From Nageia nagi (taxonomy: Eukaryota; Plantae; Pinophyta): DNA of 64,000 nucleotides. The translations under genes were made by a program, and so were the position numbers. The first letter of the stretch is position 1. Each line of letters opens with the position of its first letter. Positions 29,400-43,492 of this stretch are shown in pieces. Below the pieces are notes generated by a model that had not been told where the DNA came from, made no database searches, and was given only the letters and a program-made list of their open reading frames with translations. The stretch spans positions 19,902,001 through 19,966,000 of the forward strand of contig JBITNC010000002.1 in assembly GCA_050084985.1 (NCBI GenBank), in the 5' to 3' direction.

Positions 29400-31020
29400 C
29401 TCTAAAGCCTTCAAAGATGATACAAAGGTAGAATAAGTGCAACGTTCATGCTAAATCCAGACACCAATACCAACAAATGCCTTTACTTACAAGTTACAAT
29501 AAGGATTTGAATGATAACAATAGGTATGTCTTCAAGTCAGGATCTATTGAAGTGATGTGTTGGATCCTATTCATAAGCTTGATAACATGGAATATTGCAA
29601 GAGCCAACATAAGGTATGCATCAAATTCAGCTAGAATGGAGTAAGAGAGAGTTCTTTTGGCCTAAAGAGATTTTGAGAGCATATTGACCAAAACCCTCTC
29701 AATGCAAGCCCAACCAAAGTGTCTCAAGCTAGGCCCCCAAACTTCACATCCATAAAGCAAGGTCAAAGAGACAAGATAATGGAAGAGTTTAATTTTTATC
29801 ATGATATCTTGGGACTATAGTTGAAAACATTATCTCTTAAGTGTGATAGCCACATGCAGCCTTTATTCAATCTGTTATAGGAGGTTGGGACTAAGCTACA
29901 AGTAGGATCTATGAAAAGCACAACTAGATAGGTGTAACAAGTGACTACCTCAATAGATTATCCTTGGAAAGTCAAGTTGGTTTTGAAAGCATATGCTCTC
30001 GACATATTAAAGGACATCACCTTTATCTTTTTGAGATTAACTTCAAGACCATGAGTATCATGGAAGGTACGCAAGGTGTCAACCTAAAGTTGAAGCCCAG
30101 ATATTGTATGATATAGCAAGATGGCATTGTCTATAAAGAGCAAAATTGAGACCATGGAATCATGTAGAAAACGTCCGACACCTAGGCCCAAGGTGTTTGA
30201 GATCAAATGTTTGAGTTCATCAATATAGAGCCCAAATAGAATAGGTGAGAGATGAAAAACTTGTTTGACAACAATAGTGTTATAGACCCAAGTGGGAACC
30301 AATTCAAACTTGGCCTGCTACTTGTTCATATAATATCATGATAAAGGCTATGACATCGCTAGGGATCCCTAAGTTTTCAAGTCTTTGATACAAAAGATGT
30401 TTAGGAACAATATCAAAGGCTTTATGAAAGTCAACAAAGCAACAATAAACCTTTACTCAAGCTTCTTCAATTATGGTTTGTAGAGTGAGAATGTGATCAA
30501 TAATGTGATAATTTTTACGAAAGCCAACTTGACCAAGTACATGGAGATTATGTGTTTCAACAAAGCTAGGTATGAACTCATCAAGACATGTGGCAACGAC
30601 TTTCGCTAAGGTGTCACTGACAATAATCATTTCGTAGTTACTAAGGTCAAGGGGGTTGCCAACTTTGTAAATGGGATAGATGATATTGGAGGTCCAAGAT
30701 GAGGGAAAGCTTTTAGAAGAGAAGTAGTTAAGCATTTCAACAATATGGGCAGCTAAAACTACAAGATTATGTTTGAAAAATTCAACAATTAGATTTTCAG
30801 TCAACAACTTTACTAATTTGAAGTTTACATGAAGAAATGGCAATGATGGGGTCGAGGGTTGGGAATAATTAAGGGTTGGTTCAAGATGTTGTAGAGGGCA
30901 AATGCATAAATGGACCAGATGTACAAGTCAATGATAGAGGTAATGGAATGAGGTTGTGCATTTGACTTTCTATGGGTTGCGTTAACTACTTCATGGAAGT
31001 TAGACACTAGCACATTCTAC
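29400..31020 (-). mobile_element. Non-LTR retrotransposon RT remnant, same family as 11400-12730
   Basis: FPSSW..IIYPIYKVGNPLDLSNY; QVGFRK..IDHILTLQTIIE; CFVDFHKAFDIV; VKQ..LSPILFGLYIDEL. Confidence 0.85.
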
Positions 31021-31070
31021 CTTTCATGTGTGAGATGGCCATCACTATAAAGGATATTTATATGTTACAA

Positions 31071-31864
31071 CACTTAACCATGTTAGGTAAGTACGTGATT
31101 ATACTTGATTGGATGACAAATATGTAAGTACTAGATATGGTTGCTCAATTAATTAAGATCCCGTCAATCAAGACGTCAACTTAAAGATAGTACATCAAAA
31201 TATATTTAACATGATATCTTAGGCTACCTCATATTACGTTGATTCTAATCAATTAGTTTTATTGTTTTTCGCTCCTTAATAAGGGAGAATAAGGATTTTA
31301 GGTGGGTCTTGGGCACATTGTTTACAATATGATTGAGCAAAGTACCATCTCTATACATGGGTAAGAATTATGCTAGTTCACATGGAGAACATATATAGGT
31401 TTTTCTTTAATTCTTTTGAACCATCTAGAACGCTTTAGGTATGGGCCTAGGAGCACATCTCTTATAAGGCTAACGGGCTATAGATGATTCTTAAAGCTTT
31501 TACTAGAACTACGATGTTAAAGTTGACTTAAAGCTTTTACATTGGTTTAACATATTTAACTAACGTTTCCTAGTTGACTTAAAAGCTATATATGACTCTA
31601 TTACAACCATGGAGAATTCACATAGGATGTTTAGAGGATATGTAGAAGATATAAGAAGTGTGGAGGCATAGATGGCTTGTAGTGAATGGAGAATATCTAT
31701 GTTAGGATATATGGTATAACTTTCCATGCATCACCCCAATGTAAGGAATTACACTTACAAGTAATTTCATGTTGAGCCTACTTTAAGAGAGTATTAAGTT
31801 CTTGGTGTATACCTTTAAATATGTGTAAGGTGAATTTCATGTAATTACTACCCATGGTTAAGTG
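31071..31864. mobile_element. Candidate ~0.8 kb non-autonomous TIR element
   Basis: cacttaaccatg at 31071 and catggttaagtg at 31853-31864, extending imperfectly to ~28 bp; no TSD seen. Confidence 0.35.
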
Positions 31865-31899
31865 AGTCATATGTATTTATTGTCTATGGGAGATTAGAT

Positions 31900-32300
31900 A
31901 AAGCAATGACTTCCATAAAAGGAACTCATGAAGTTTCTCAAAGAAAAATATGCAAGAGGTGTAACATCAATCTATAAGACCAAGCACAACAACTCAATGG
32001 GAAGGCACAAAGCAAGGTTAGTTGCAAAAAGACACCCTCAACAATCTGGAGCATATTATGAAAAAACATTTGCACTAGTTGCTAGTCATGAAATAATAAG
32101 GCTTGTTTTAGCTACAATAGTAAACAAGAGATGGGCAACACACCAATTAAATGTGAAAAGTGCATTCTTAAATGTATACATTTAAAAAAAAAAAGAGGAT
32201 TTCAAATCATAGCCAAAAAAAACATGTTATACAAACTCAACAAGGTATTGTATGGTCTTAAACAAACATCTAGAGCATAGTACCGGATTGATTCATGCTT
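31900..32300 (+). mobile_element. Copia RT fragment
   Basis: HKARLVAK..Q.SG.YYEKTFA..IRLVLA..HQLNVKSAFLN; KVLYGLKQ. Confidence 0.85.
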
Positions 32301-32659
32301 GTTCATGATAATAGATATTTAATTTCAGTCATTTTAGTATGTTTGAATGTTTGGTTTTTATTTTAAGATTAAGGTTTCTCCATTAATAAATCTAATGATA
32401 AAATGTACTTCTAATCCTCCAATATATACTATCAAAATAGAATAATCACTTCAAAATTAGAAGTTATAATCTATGAACGTTAAACTATCTACACCTTGAA
32501 AGATAAGAAATTCTTTGTCACAGCAATTAAATTTAATTAAACAAACTTTATCATGTACAACTTGAAATGCGTGCATTTTCACATAAACACCTGAAAAATA
32601 TATAATAGCTGCAAAAGCTCAATAACTACTTCCAACTTACAAAAATATATAGCATCAAC

Positions 32660-32791
32660 TTAAATCATATGGAGTAATTCTTTATGCAATGTCCCATTAC
32701 TTATAAGTATACCACCAGCTTGTGGAACAATAATTCGTCTATCAGCACCATCTCTAGCCAAAGTCAATTCACTTCCATTCCAATCAGTGAC
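32660..32791 (-). CDS. Last coding exon of the PAP phosphatase
   Basis: ttttcag|GTC... gives VTDWNGSELTLARDGADRRIIVPQAGGILISNGTLHKELLHMI*, which continues EAGGE-VTDW-G in frame; no indels or internal stops. Confidence 0.9.
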   Translation of the reverse strand, partial: VTDWNGSELTLARDGADRRIIVPQAGGILISNGTLHKELLHMI

Positions 32792-35700
32792 CTGAAAATT
32801 TCAATATTAATCCATGATTCAGAAGATATTTCCAGAGGCCAAAATCTTGCATATAATTCAAAACGATTCAAGTGTTTTCATTTCCAATACAATGGGATCT
32901 ATGAAAAATGCAAAGTTCTTTATTCAAAAATATATTCCGCTTTAAGAAAGAGATGCTAAACAAAACTATTTAAATTATACAAAACTATTTTAAGATATAC
33001 AAAACCTACATTCAGTTCAAATGAAAACGTATAACCTTACATGGAGATAGCTCTTTAACCTTAACACATACAAATTAAACATGTTAGAATTGAAATCCCA
33101 TTACAACTTCAGATGAAATATTGCCTCATAAAATATAAGAGGAATGTGTCGAGACTCATACAACATTGAAACTAAATAACTAACCTTAATCTATCTTAAA
33201 GATAAGAAAATAAGGTGAAATATTTCCTAGTTCATAATTTGAAGGTATCAACTACTAGTTACTCAATTGCCCCTTTACCAAATCTCCAAAAACAATTTTA
33301 GCAAACACAATCTATGTAAGAAGACACATAACCAAACCCCGTTTGGCCAATTTGAAGTTGATTTTGATGATGATAAAAGCGGGCAAAATAAGTACAAATC
33401 AAAGAATGACTTAAAATCTTATATAAATTTAATATTGGAACCAACAAAAATATCTCAAATATTTAGGAAAATTTATATATGCTTTGACAAGTTTGTGAGA
33501 CTTTTAAAACTTTAATATTGGAACCAACAACAGTATCTCAAAACATTTAGGGAATGTCTATAAGCTTCTACAAGTTTGTCAGACATGCAATAAATGAAGG
33601 GTGCTAAAGAATAGGTATCATGTATCTAGAATCTCAAGATCGGTTGCACTAGCCACTTTACCAATATCCAGTTTCATCGCATAAGATGTTCCAGTAATGA
33701 TCTGGCTGGCCCTGTAGCTAATGCTACTAAATCCTTTCCACCAATCTATGTTGTGGTTCCTCACAAGCTACATTTCTACCAAATTGTTCTTATACATTAA
33801 ATAAAGCAAGCTATCAGAAATGTATACCTTATTGATGGCACAAACTATTGAACTATTATGCAGCTGTGCTACAGCATGGTTGTGAACTTTTTCCTATAAT
33901 CCCACCACCTTAGCTTTCTTTCACATTCTCTGCATTCTCTAAAACTTAATCACCAAATCAAATTCGGCACTTATCTCCAATTAACTTCCAGCATCATGAA
34001 GTAAGTCGATTTCCTTCAACATGTCCACAACAACAGGGAATCATAACAAGCACTTAATGTTTGTGAATCAGTCAGCAAAAATTCTATGCAAGACCTTACC
34101 TCCAACTGGAAGGCATCAACGTCTCAGCAAAACCAAAGCAATTACCACATGATACTTCTCTGCCACCATTCAATAGAACTCCCAAACATAACATGGTAAT
34201 GTAATATATATCATATAGAAGCCACTTTATAGCTTAATACCCAGAAAGCAAGCCATTGACAAGCGATGACACATGATTTTAAAGGTCCAAATGAAAAAAG
34301 CCTGACATAGATGCAAGCAATCAATGACAATAATCAGTAAGCCCAACACCCATAGTATTAAGCACACTCCTAAGCAATGAAATCACAAACCTCTTTGTTC
34401 AATTAATGAGAAACTTTCACTAAACTTCTAGTCAAGAGAGTCATGGCTTAAAAGATGAGATGCAGAAACCAATAAATCATCATCAGACTCCAATGACTTG
34501 CTCAAATTTCCATGCATTTTCATGTTACTGTTTCATGTACATGTTGTAGAGGCCATATCAAATGTAGGTCTTATTTTGGTCTATAATGACTAGCATTATA
34601 TCAATAACCAATTTATTGGATGCTTCGACAAGCATTTTTCAATATCCTATATTTCTAAAAGTTTGTGGGCACTCATGAAATATTATCATACCAATTTCAA
34701 AATCTTAGTTTGTATTAAGCAAAATCAAGAATTGTGCATCATCTACACGTTAAAAGATATAGTAATGCTAAAATCATAATGGACAAATATAGTTATCAAA
34801 TATATTGAGATACAGATCTGACAGAATTATCAAACTCCCCAACAAGGATGGCCTGCTGAAAGAAAAGGAATGATCAAACTCCCCAACAAGGAGAAACAGA
34901 TTTTCCACATATATATGGGTTGCGAATCTGCTTGACAACTTAACATGCATGTGCTTCACTATGCCAGTCACCAGGTACATCTCAATTTTATCTGTAAATT
35001 AATCATTACTGTAAAGCTTTTTACTAGTCTGATTTTAATTTTTTCAGCGCAGTCCATCAACCATAACAAATATATCTGATAAGGATAATTATATTTGTGC
35101 ATAACTTAAAACAGGTCATTATAATTTGTAAGCATACGAAGTAGATTTGTTGATTTTCAATCTTCACTTTCAGTCAATTTTGAGCTTTTTCAATTCATAT
35201 AAGCATAGTATCTCAACAACAACAAAAAATAATACATCTTCATGTTGAGTCAAAAACTGAAGTAGGTTTCATTCATTTTTCAAGAAACCGCTATGACTTT
35301 GGTAGTTTTTATATTTTCAAAACTTCCTTGTTTGTCTTGTGTTATGAACATATGATTTCAGTTTACGTAGTATTGCCAATTGTCAAAATTTTGATCTTAT
35401 GAGCTTTTGTGCAAGCTAATAATATATTATCACACATCCTTTCCAACCATATTTGTGATTCATCTTATGAGTTTTTGGTGGTTTTCTATAAAACACATGA
35501 GCACTCACGATTTTTTTGTGGTTTTCAACAAAACTTGTGATGAATTTATCAATGCTTCACACTATTTTAAGTACTTGCAGAGTCTTTGGCAAGAAAAAAT
35601 AACGCCTTTCCAAAAGGAACAAAATAATATAAATTTATGAAGCAAAATTGGCTCCAGATTACTCCCAGATCAGAATTCGACAACATTATGCATTTTGTTT

Positions 35701-36475
35701 TGCAAGGGTTTCACATATGAGACTGTTATAGCATTGTTTTTTACATTATTTAATATCAAAATTATCTTCTCCGGATTCAAAGTTAACAAGTGATGTATAT
35801 GGATCATCAATCAAAATTTGAAAGAGAAAGGAAGATGAAACTTCATTCTAAGACAGCAGATTCAAAAGGTGTTCAAAAGAATCCTTAAACATGGATATAT
35901 GATAATATAATAAACATGGGTATATGACAATATAAGGTTGTTAAAAAAAGGTTGTGTTCTTCAATGAGGTAGATGAACAGACACTCTAAGGAAAGAAGAA
36001 CGTTAAGTGTCATCTTCTCCCAAAAGCAAAGAAACAGCTCAGATGTGAAAAGCAGACTCCAACAGGAAGTATTCGAGACCTGGGAATAACAGGAAGGATT
36101 CGAGTCCTGGGAATATGGATGCTATTTATTCCAAAGCGCTTTGGTGATTTGCTGATGAATATCTTCTTTCAGATTTGTGGATGTGTTTACATGGTATTTA
36201 TGTTGTAAGACAAGGGAAAATAATTGTATTGAAATGTTAAAGGAATATTGTTCCAAATCATATCTTAGATGTAACTTCCCTAATTGAAAAAGAAGAGATT
36301 TCGATTGAACCATATCCTCCAACTACTTGAAAAGTATAAAGCATGTAAGCATGATTTCTTAGCATCATATTCCCTATCTAGATGTAAAGAATGTTGTTTT
36401 GTTTCTTATTTAACTTTATTTTATTTTATTCTATGGCATTGTTGCTAAAGCATCCAAACGATAGCAACTCCTAGG

Positions 36476-38525
36476 TTGACACCCCTAGGATGGCATATAC
36501 CTTTTTAAGAAAGGAGTGCAACAATTGTCACAAAATGGAATGTCTTGTATTAGTCAAACAAAGAAGTCTACTATATATGGTGTACCCTCATATTAGTTCT
36601 CATATGACATTAGCAATGGCAGAATGCATTTGGCTTGTTTACATATAGCTTTGCATAAAAAGTCACTACCCATGAGATGGCATAAATGTTATGTTAATAT
36701 CATATCTAGGGCATACACATAGAAGAAGATTTGCATCAATGCAAGGTTCCACTATGTACATAGAAGAAATATGGAAACAAGTATACATAGTGAAAAATTC
36801 CAACTAGAGGTGATAGGGATAAGCCTCATGCCTTTGGGATCATTGAACCCAAGCTTGAGGTATTGTCATTACCAATTGTTCCAGGCTCTAAGGTAGTAAG
36901 GATAATGCTCTTAAACCCATAGGATTGGCATAAGGATGGAGACCTGTGGGCCTTTGAATGATACTGATAACAAGAAACCCGAATGGTATTAACCTCGGAG
37001 TGGATTCTCTATAAAAGATTACGGTGGTTATAAATCTTTCACTAATGAGGTAGTTTGTATTTAGTATTTACCAACCAAAATGTTGCATCTCCCTTAGGTC
37101 TACTTTTAACTACTGCTTGAGCATGCTAACTCTTCTATAACATGGGTTTCTTAGTGTTTTTTATTATCATGTTGAAAACCTGACCTGTAATAGACTTGAA
37201 AGTATTTAATTGGATGCACAAGTTTAAGAACGAAAACAAGGACAACATTATTTCATAGCTCTCAAAAACTACATGAATTGAAAAGAGAAATTCCTAAATC
37301 TCCTTGCAGCTTGAAAGATATAGCCTCCAAACAATGAAAGTCAACTGTAGTTTTTTTTATTAAGTTTCACAAAGTCCATCAGAGTCGAAAGGATTTCAGT
37401 GAGTGCACGCAGTTGTGGAAGCAAACAAGAAAAACACCATTACTAGCTCTGAAAAATATGCAAATTTGAAAAACAGTGATCTAAAACTCTTCACTCTGTA
37501 AAAGAAACAGTCCCTAGAAAAATTTGCATGAACATGCACATATTGCAACCTCAAGCCTAGAGTGGTGAAGCTGATAAATTTGCAGGGACAAGCACATATG
37601 AAGGGTACTCAAATATACAATTCAATATCGAGTCCTTAATCAAGCAAGTCAAAATTGCTTCTGCTATAATATTTTAGTTTATGAGTCTCAATCAAAACTC
37701 TCAATTTTCATAACTTGCTCATTTTAAATATTTTTGTCCAAGTAAATAATCGTTGGAAAGCTTATTTTGCCCTATATCCATCCAGACCATTTCCAATCTC
37801 ACAGTTAGCAGTTGCTTTGAAATTTAACCCCTAGGCAGGAATGGTAGTAATGCTCCAAAGATACAGTTGTCTAAATCTCAGTTTCTTAAGGGTTCAAAGT
37901 TCAAACAATTCATTAGGAAAACAGAATCAAAAATCATCTTGATGTTTGAAGACCTATAGGGGGTTCTTGAGAGAAACATAAAACAACATGCGATGGATAT
38001 TGATGATCAGTCTAAATTTGACAACAAAACAACAAGGCCTTGATGATCCTCATATTGTCAATCATTAATCATGTTCAGCCACACAACAAGAACACTAAGT
38101 GTAAAGGATGCCTAGGCCAACCCCAAATCCATTTATGAATCAAATGACACAAACACGATCCTCCGTATGTAGAGAGGGTTGCAAAGATTAAACCTTCAAA
38201 AGTTTTTCTGGTATGTTTCAGAATCGAAAGAAGCAATCTTGACTCTAGAAGAGAAAATGGAAGATGACGCAACAGTGTACATTGTACATTGTGCACTTCC
38301 ATCCTTATACAAGGTTTTGTAGCCGCTTTCAACATTTCATAAACAAAAGCTACTTTTCAAGACCTTGCAAGCATTATGAAATGTCAGGATTATGCATAAA
38401 GCCCTCACTTCAAAACAAAAGGGCAATAAGCCTGCCAACAAACAACAAAAATAAAAACAAACAGCAAGGATCTAATTAACATTCTAACCAAAAATGTCAT
38501 ATTTGGGGAAATAATGGGTGTGACA
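36476..38525. repeat. Possible ~2 kb solo LTR
   Basis: Ends resemble each other in inverted form (ttgacacccc ... gggtgtgaca); flanks ctagg/ttaag differ by two transitions; non-coding. Confidence 0.3.
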
Positions 38526-40275
38526 TTAAGAAGGCTTGTATAAAGCCTTCACTCAACACTCAAGAAGTCAAAAACTTTAGAAAAAATATGGCTCTAATAG
38601 AGATAAAGAACAGAAACAACATGGTAATGCTGCAGAAGAAGAAACAAATGAAAATGATAATTGTGTTTATCCAGATTCACAAATAGTCAAAGCAAGTCAA
38701 AAACTTAGGTACATTTATTACAGAGCTACTAAGCTCATGACAGGTTAAGAGGTTCACAAAGTTGCAGCTACAATCCGTCAGCCCTGATAGTGATTTCAGA
38801 TGACAACGCAACATATGACACCAAAGGTCAAGGTGAAGTTTCAGTTCAGGTCAAAGATCAATGTTGGCCCATTCAGAATGTGTTTTTGTTCCTGGACTCT
38901 CATAAAATCTTCTCAGTGAGCCAGATGTTAAGCAGCAATTTGAAAGTTTGATGTACAAAATCGACAAAAATGTTGTTTTATAAAAGATAAATCTCCAAAT
39001 TACAGGATTCTTGCAAGAGGAAGAATCTAAGAACATTTTCATTACCCTTGGAGATCAAGTCCATCAATCGAACTAGTGATTTGGCCATATACGTATTGGC
39101 TATTGGTGGTATCCAAGTACCAAGAAAATTGGTTTGTGGGTTACTATCGCAGAAAACTGGTAAAATCTCCCTAAGTTGCTTGGCAGGTAATGAACATCAA
39201 GTGCAATTATAATCAAGCATATAGCATGCAAATAGTGCACTTGACTTGGTATGTACCAATCTGTGTCAGCCCATGACTCCCAGTTTTGGTGATGTCAAGT
39301 ATTTTCAATTGTTTATTGGTGACTCTTCAAGAAGAACATGGGTTTACTTTCTGAAGACCAAGTCATATTCTCCTACCTCAAGCAATTCAAAGCACTGGTG
39401 CAGAATTCAAAGATTCTAGCAAAGTTGCCAACTCACAGCTTCTTCTTCTCCTCAGAAAAATGGTGTTGCTCAAAAGGAAAAGTAGTCAATCTTGGAATTT
39501 GTGATGTCCCCCTTGACCATTTAGTGGGACCAGATTGGTCAACCTTGTACTATACTTTATTCATGTACTTTTACTTACATTATTGTAATTTAGGATAGGA
39601 GACTTAACTGGTCGATGAACCCCACTGTGAGCCCCAAGTGGGGCGTCTCCCTACTAAGTACTAGATTAGGCATTTATTGTATTGGAGATCCCGGATCGTG
39701 GGAATCCTAAGGTTTATTTATGCATTAGAGAGATGGATAGCTGCCTGCATGCTAGTACCAGATTTGGGAGGACCCCACACCCCCACATTGGCCTAAGATG
39801 GCTCCAAGACCCCACATTGGCATTTAATGCTCATAGGCCCCCTACGTTGGCATACCTAACCTTTAGGCACCCACATTAGGTGATCCGGGCCCCCAAAAGC
39901 CCAACGTTGAATTAGATGGGCCTGGGATGACTCCTAGGTAAAATCCGAACAGATGATAATGTATAAGGAATTTTTGAAAACTGTAAAACCCAGACAATGG
40001 TGTATTTCCTGCTGATTCTGACTAACTGCTTCGAATACCTGCTTGTAATCCATAGTTGCACCAATCGAGACTGTCTAAGAATATTTGCTCTTGAAATCTT
40101 ATAAAAAAAGCTTGACTCCCCTTTCATTATCACTTGCTTGCATTTTGAGAGTAGAGAGTGCTTCGGAGTTTTTGAAAACCTGTTCAGTAGGTGTTTGTTT
40201 CTAACTTTGCTACTGTCAATCTGCGATTGCTTCTACTTTTTTTCCACAGCTTCCTATTATGGCTTTACCGATCAC

Positions 40276-42499
40276 ATGCCGGGACATAGAGCTGCTTTGG
40301 TGATGAACTTTCATGCTAGCCATAAGGTAAATCATCTTTACCTATCTTTTCTTTGGTGTATTCCTGCTTTTTCATGTGTTTTTATAGCTTTTGTATAAAT
40401 CTAGCATTTTGTCCCTAGGGTTTCACATGTTAAAACACATGATTTCGTTTTTGATTTTTAGTGATATTTTTTATTTTGTCTCCATAGCCATGTTTGTCTT
40501 TTTCGTACGACCCTGTACATAAAATTTTATCATACTGTACGAGAAGAGGGCTGCTAGCGGTCCCTTCTACCCTAGTTTGGACCGTGGGCGGTCCTCTTTA
40601 CTATTCTTAGTCAGTTGGCAATCCTTTTCTATCTATCTGCAAAACCCAAAAAAAATGCATTTATGAATAAACCTAACTTATTTTTGGGTGCTTTTTACCA
40701 AGATCGCAGCTACTACATGAGGGTTTCCGGGAAAAGTACTGCTTTCACTGTTGCTCAATAATGACCCCAATCAGAGAAGAGCTGGAGCACACTTGAGGCT
40801 GTTTCCTTGAGTTACTTGGCTTTTGCTGATTATATTTACCATAATCGAGACATGCTGATGGCTTTGATGGAAAAATGGGATTCTAATTCCAACACCTTTC
40901 ACCTACCCACCAGGGAGATCACGATAACACTAAAGGACATATACAGGATCACTAGGCTATCTATCAGAGGTAAGCTAGTGCATATGGTTCCCGTTCCCAG
41001 CATAAAACGAGCAGAGGAGTGGGCTATATGGCTCACAAGCTCGAATGAGGTAAATCACAAGAAGAAGGGAGTTTCTTTAATGCGACACGTACCAGAGGAT
41101 CCTCTAGCACGGGATGACCTACGGTTGAGGTTCCTCATTGCCTACCTACTGGATGTTGTTGTCTATCCAGACAAGAGCAACGAGATATTTCATGTGGAAA
41201 TGGTTCCTATCATTATGGACATGGTTTTACCTGAGCAGCAATATGTATGGTGCCCAGCTATCTTGGCACAATTATATCATGATTTGCATTCATTCGCTGA
41301 GGTGAAAAGAGGAGGAAGACAGGTGGCTCACTTTATGATATTACAGGTATGGACCTATGATCACATAGGCATCTCTAGACCGACCTCTCTACCACTTGAC
41401 CTACCTGACGTGCCACATGTCAGCTATGGGCAACTACACAGGGTCCTAACTTTCCTGATGTTGACTTAAGAGGGATGGAGGATACGGTTTGACACACTCA
41501 AGGAGTCTCACATGTACTAGCGTCCCTACAGGTATGCCCCAAAATGGGACAAAGATATGCACGAGCTAGCCTCGATGAGACACTACATACATTCAGGCAC
41601 GCAAGGCATTGGTTGAGCCATACATGCTAGAGCAAGTACTCCGACAGTTTGGGATGCAGCAAGGGATACCAGACGACTGCAAGATAGTACTGCGCTACTA
41701 TAGCAACAGGGAGTTTACAGAGGACTACGAGTTGGTACCAGATTGGGATTCCGAGTGGACATCCCCTAGTGAGGACTCTGATTTTGAGGATGACCCAGAT
41801 ATAGACGATCCTTAGCATACCGAAGACTATCTGGACTGGTGGCGAGGACGTAATCCTCACCACCTAGGCATACATGAGACGGACCAGGCTGCGGATGATG
41901 GAAAAGAAGATGACACAGAGGATACACAGACTGGGTGTGACAGGATACACTCAGGCAAAATGGGGTCCATATGACATGGAAGATGCACGCGATGAGACAC
42001 TCGATGCAGGTCATGAAGACAATGAGGAGACCGACCCAAACCAGGATGACTATGAGCCAGACATAGAAGGAGATACAGATGCGACCGAAGAAGAATATGA
42101 TGACAGTATTTATTCTTTTTATCTTATATATATATATATATATTTGTTTCATTTGTAAATGCATGCAATACTCATATGTGATTTCCATGTTATCTGCAGC
42201 TGATGAGAATCCTGAACTAGATATGGCTCGATTACACAAGCTCATAGAACAAAAGGATGCTGAAATCAGAGCTACAAGGCCAACTACGATATGGAGGAGG
42301 AGACTATGCTAGTCTATACCAGGACCTACAAAGAGCGAATGCGCGAATCCAGGATCTCTATGAGCAACTGCGCAAGGCCGAGAGACAAGTAGGTGAAGAG
42401 AAAGCAAAGGTTGTGAAATACAAAGCTAGGTGCGAGTGTAGTGGTTCTAGCACGGCTACTAGTTCCAGTGTAGAGGGAGGTCCTACTAGGAGGCAATAG
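40276..42499 (+). pseudogene. Retroelement-borne plant mobile domain (PMD, aminotransferase-like) gene, copy 1; disrupted
   Basis: MALMEKWDSNSNTFHLPTREITITLKDIYRITRLSIRG, YVWCPAILAQLYHDL, LQVWTYDH and EPYMLEQVLRQFGMQQGIP are PMD motifs; followed by an acidic tract and a coiled-coil tail. Confidence 0.88.
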
Positions 42500-43492
42500 C
42501 TCTAGACACATGATGATCATTCAGTTATGCTGAGATTTTGTAAAATGATGAACCTTTTTTATGATATACATAAAAGATGACCTTTATTTATTTGCTTTGT
42601 TGTTTTTGATATGTATTTATGAGAGCTGAAACTTTGCGCTAAGAGGCCTACAAGGATATCATGACCTAGGAGCTGAAACTCCACACAAAAGGGCAATCAT
42701 CAACTTTTATGCGATAACTTGAGCCAACTGAAAGAAAAAGAAAATCATGGAAAGGCATGACATCAATAAGAAAAAGTGCTAGGTTAAATAAAGATAGTGT
42801 CACTTTGGTTATTGAAATCAATCTTTCGGATGATGAATCTTATCATGGAGATTTTGAAGACAATAATGACCCTAGCAAAACAGGTATAAAAATAATAGAT
42901 GATGAATCTTATCATGGGGATTCAGAAGACAATGAGAACCCTGAAGAAGTAGTTCAACCTTTTGAAAATAAATTGCAATTAGCCCTCTATCGATCTGAAA
43001 AATCTAATAATCTAAACCTCACGGAAGATAAACTAAGGTTGGTGCAAGAATTCATAAAACGCCCCGGGATATTCTATAGGTTTACCAGAGATCCTACCAT
43101 AGCTCATTCATTGCATATTATCTATGAATTTTTGACAGTAAGTAATCTTAGGTCACGTTCTAAGTACTACTTGCTAAGCCAACCCTTTTGTTGTACACCT
43201 TAACAAATCAAAACAGGACCGCTAGCAATCTAAATTCGGTTGAAATGGACCACCTACGGCCCATTTTTTCTATGGAAAGCCATGTGAATTTTTGTATGCT
43301 TTGTCCTGACCAAAATCCTTTTGTCCCTTCGTCAAACCTTCATCAACCTTCATCGTTCCTAACACTTGTGGAAAATTTCAAAAGTCATGAACCAATAATA
43401 CAAGAAGAGGCTGATTATGAACATTCGGATGATGAGACGATAGAATTTGATGATGAGTCAACGAAACAGAGATAGAACTTGAAACTGACCCT

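Noticed and set aside
32590-32640. 3' UTR intron (gtaagt...ttttcag)
   Set aside because: About 50 nt, shorter than typical plant introns; no other support.
32684-32959. 91 aa plus-strand ORF
   Set aside because: Antisense shadow of the real last exon.
40807-41469. Domesticated host MAIN/MAIL-like gene
   Set aside because: Both PMD copies have stops or frameshifts and sit within retroelement sequence.
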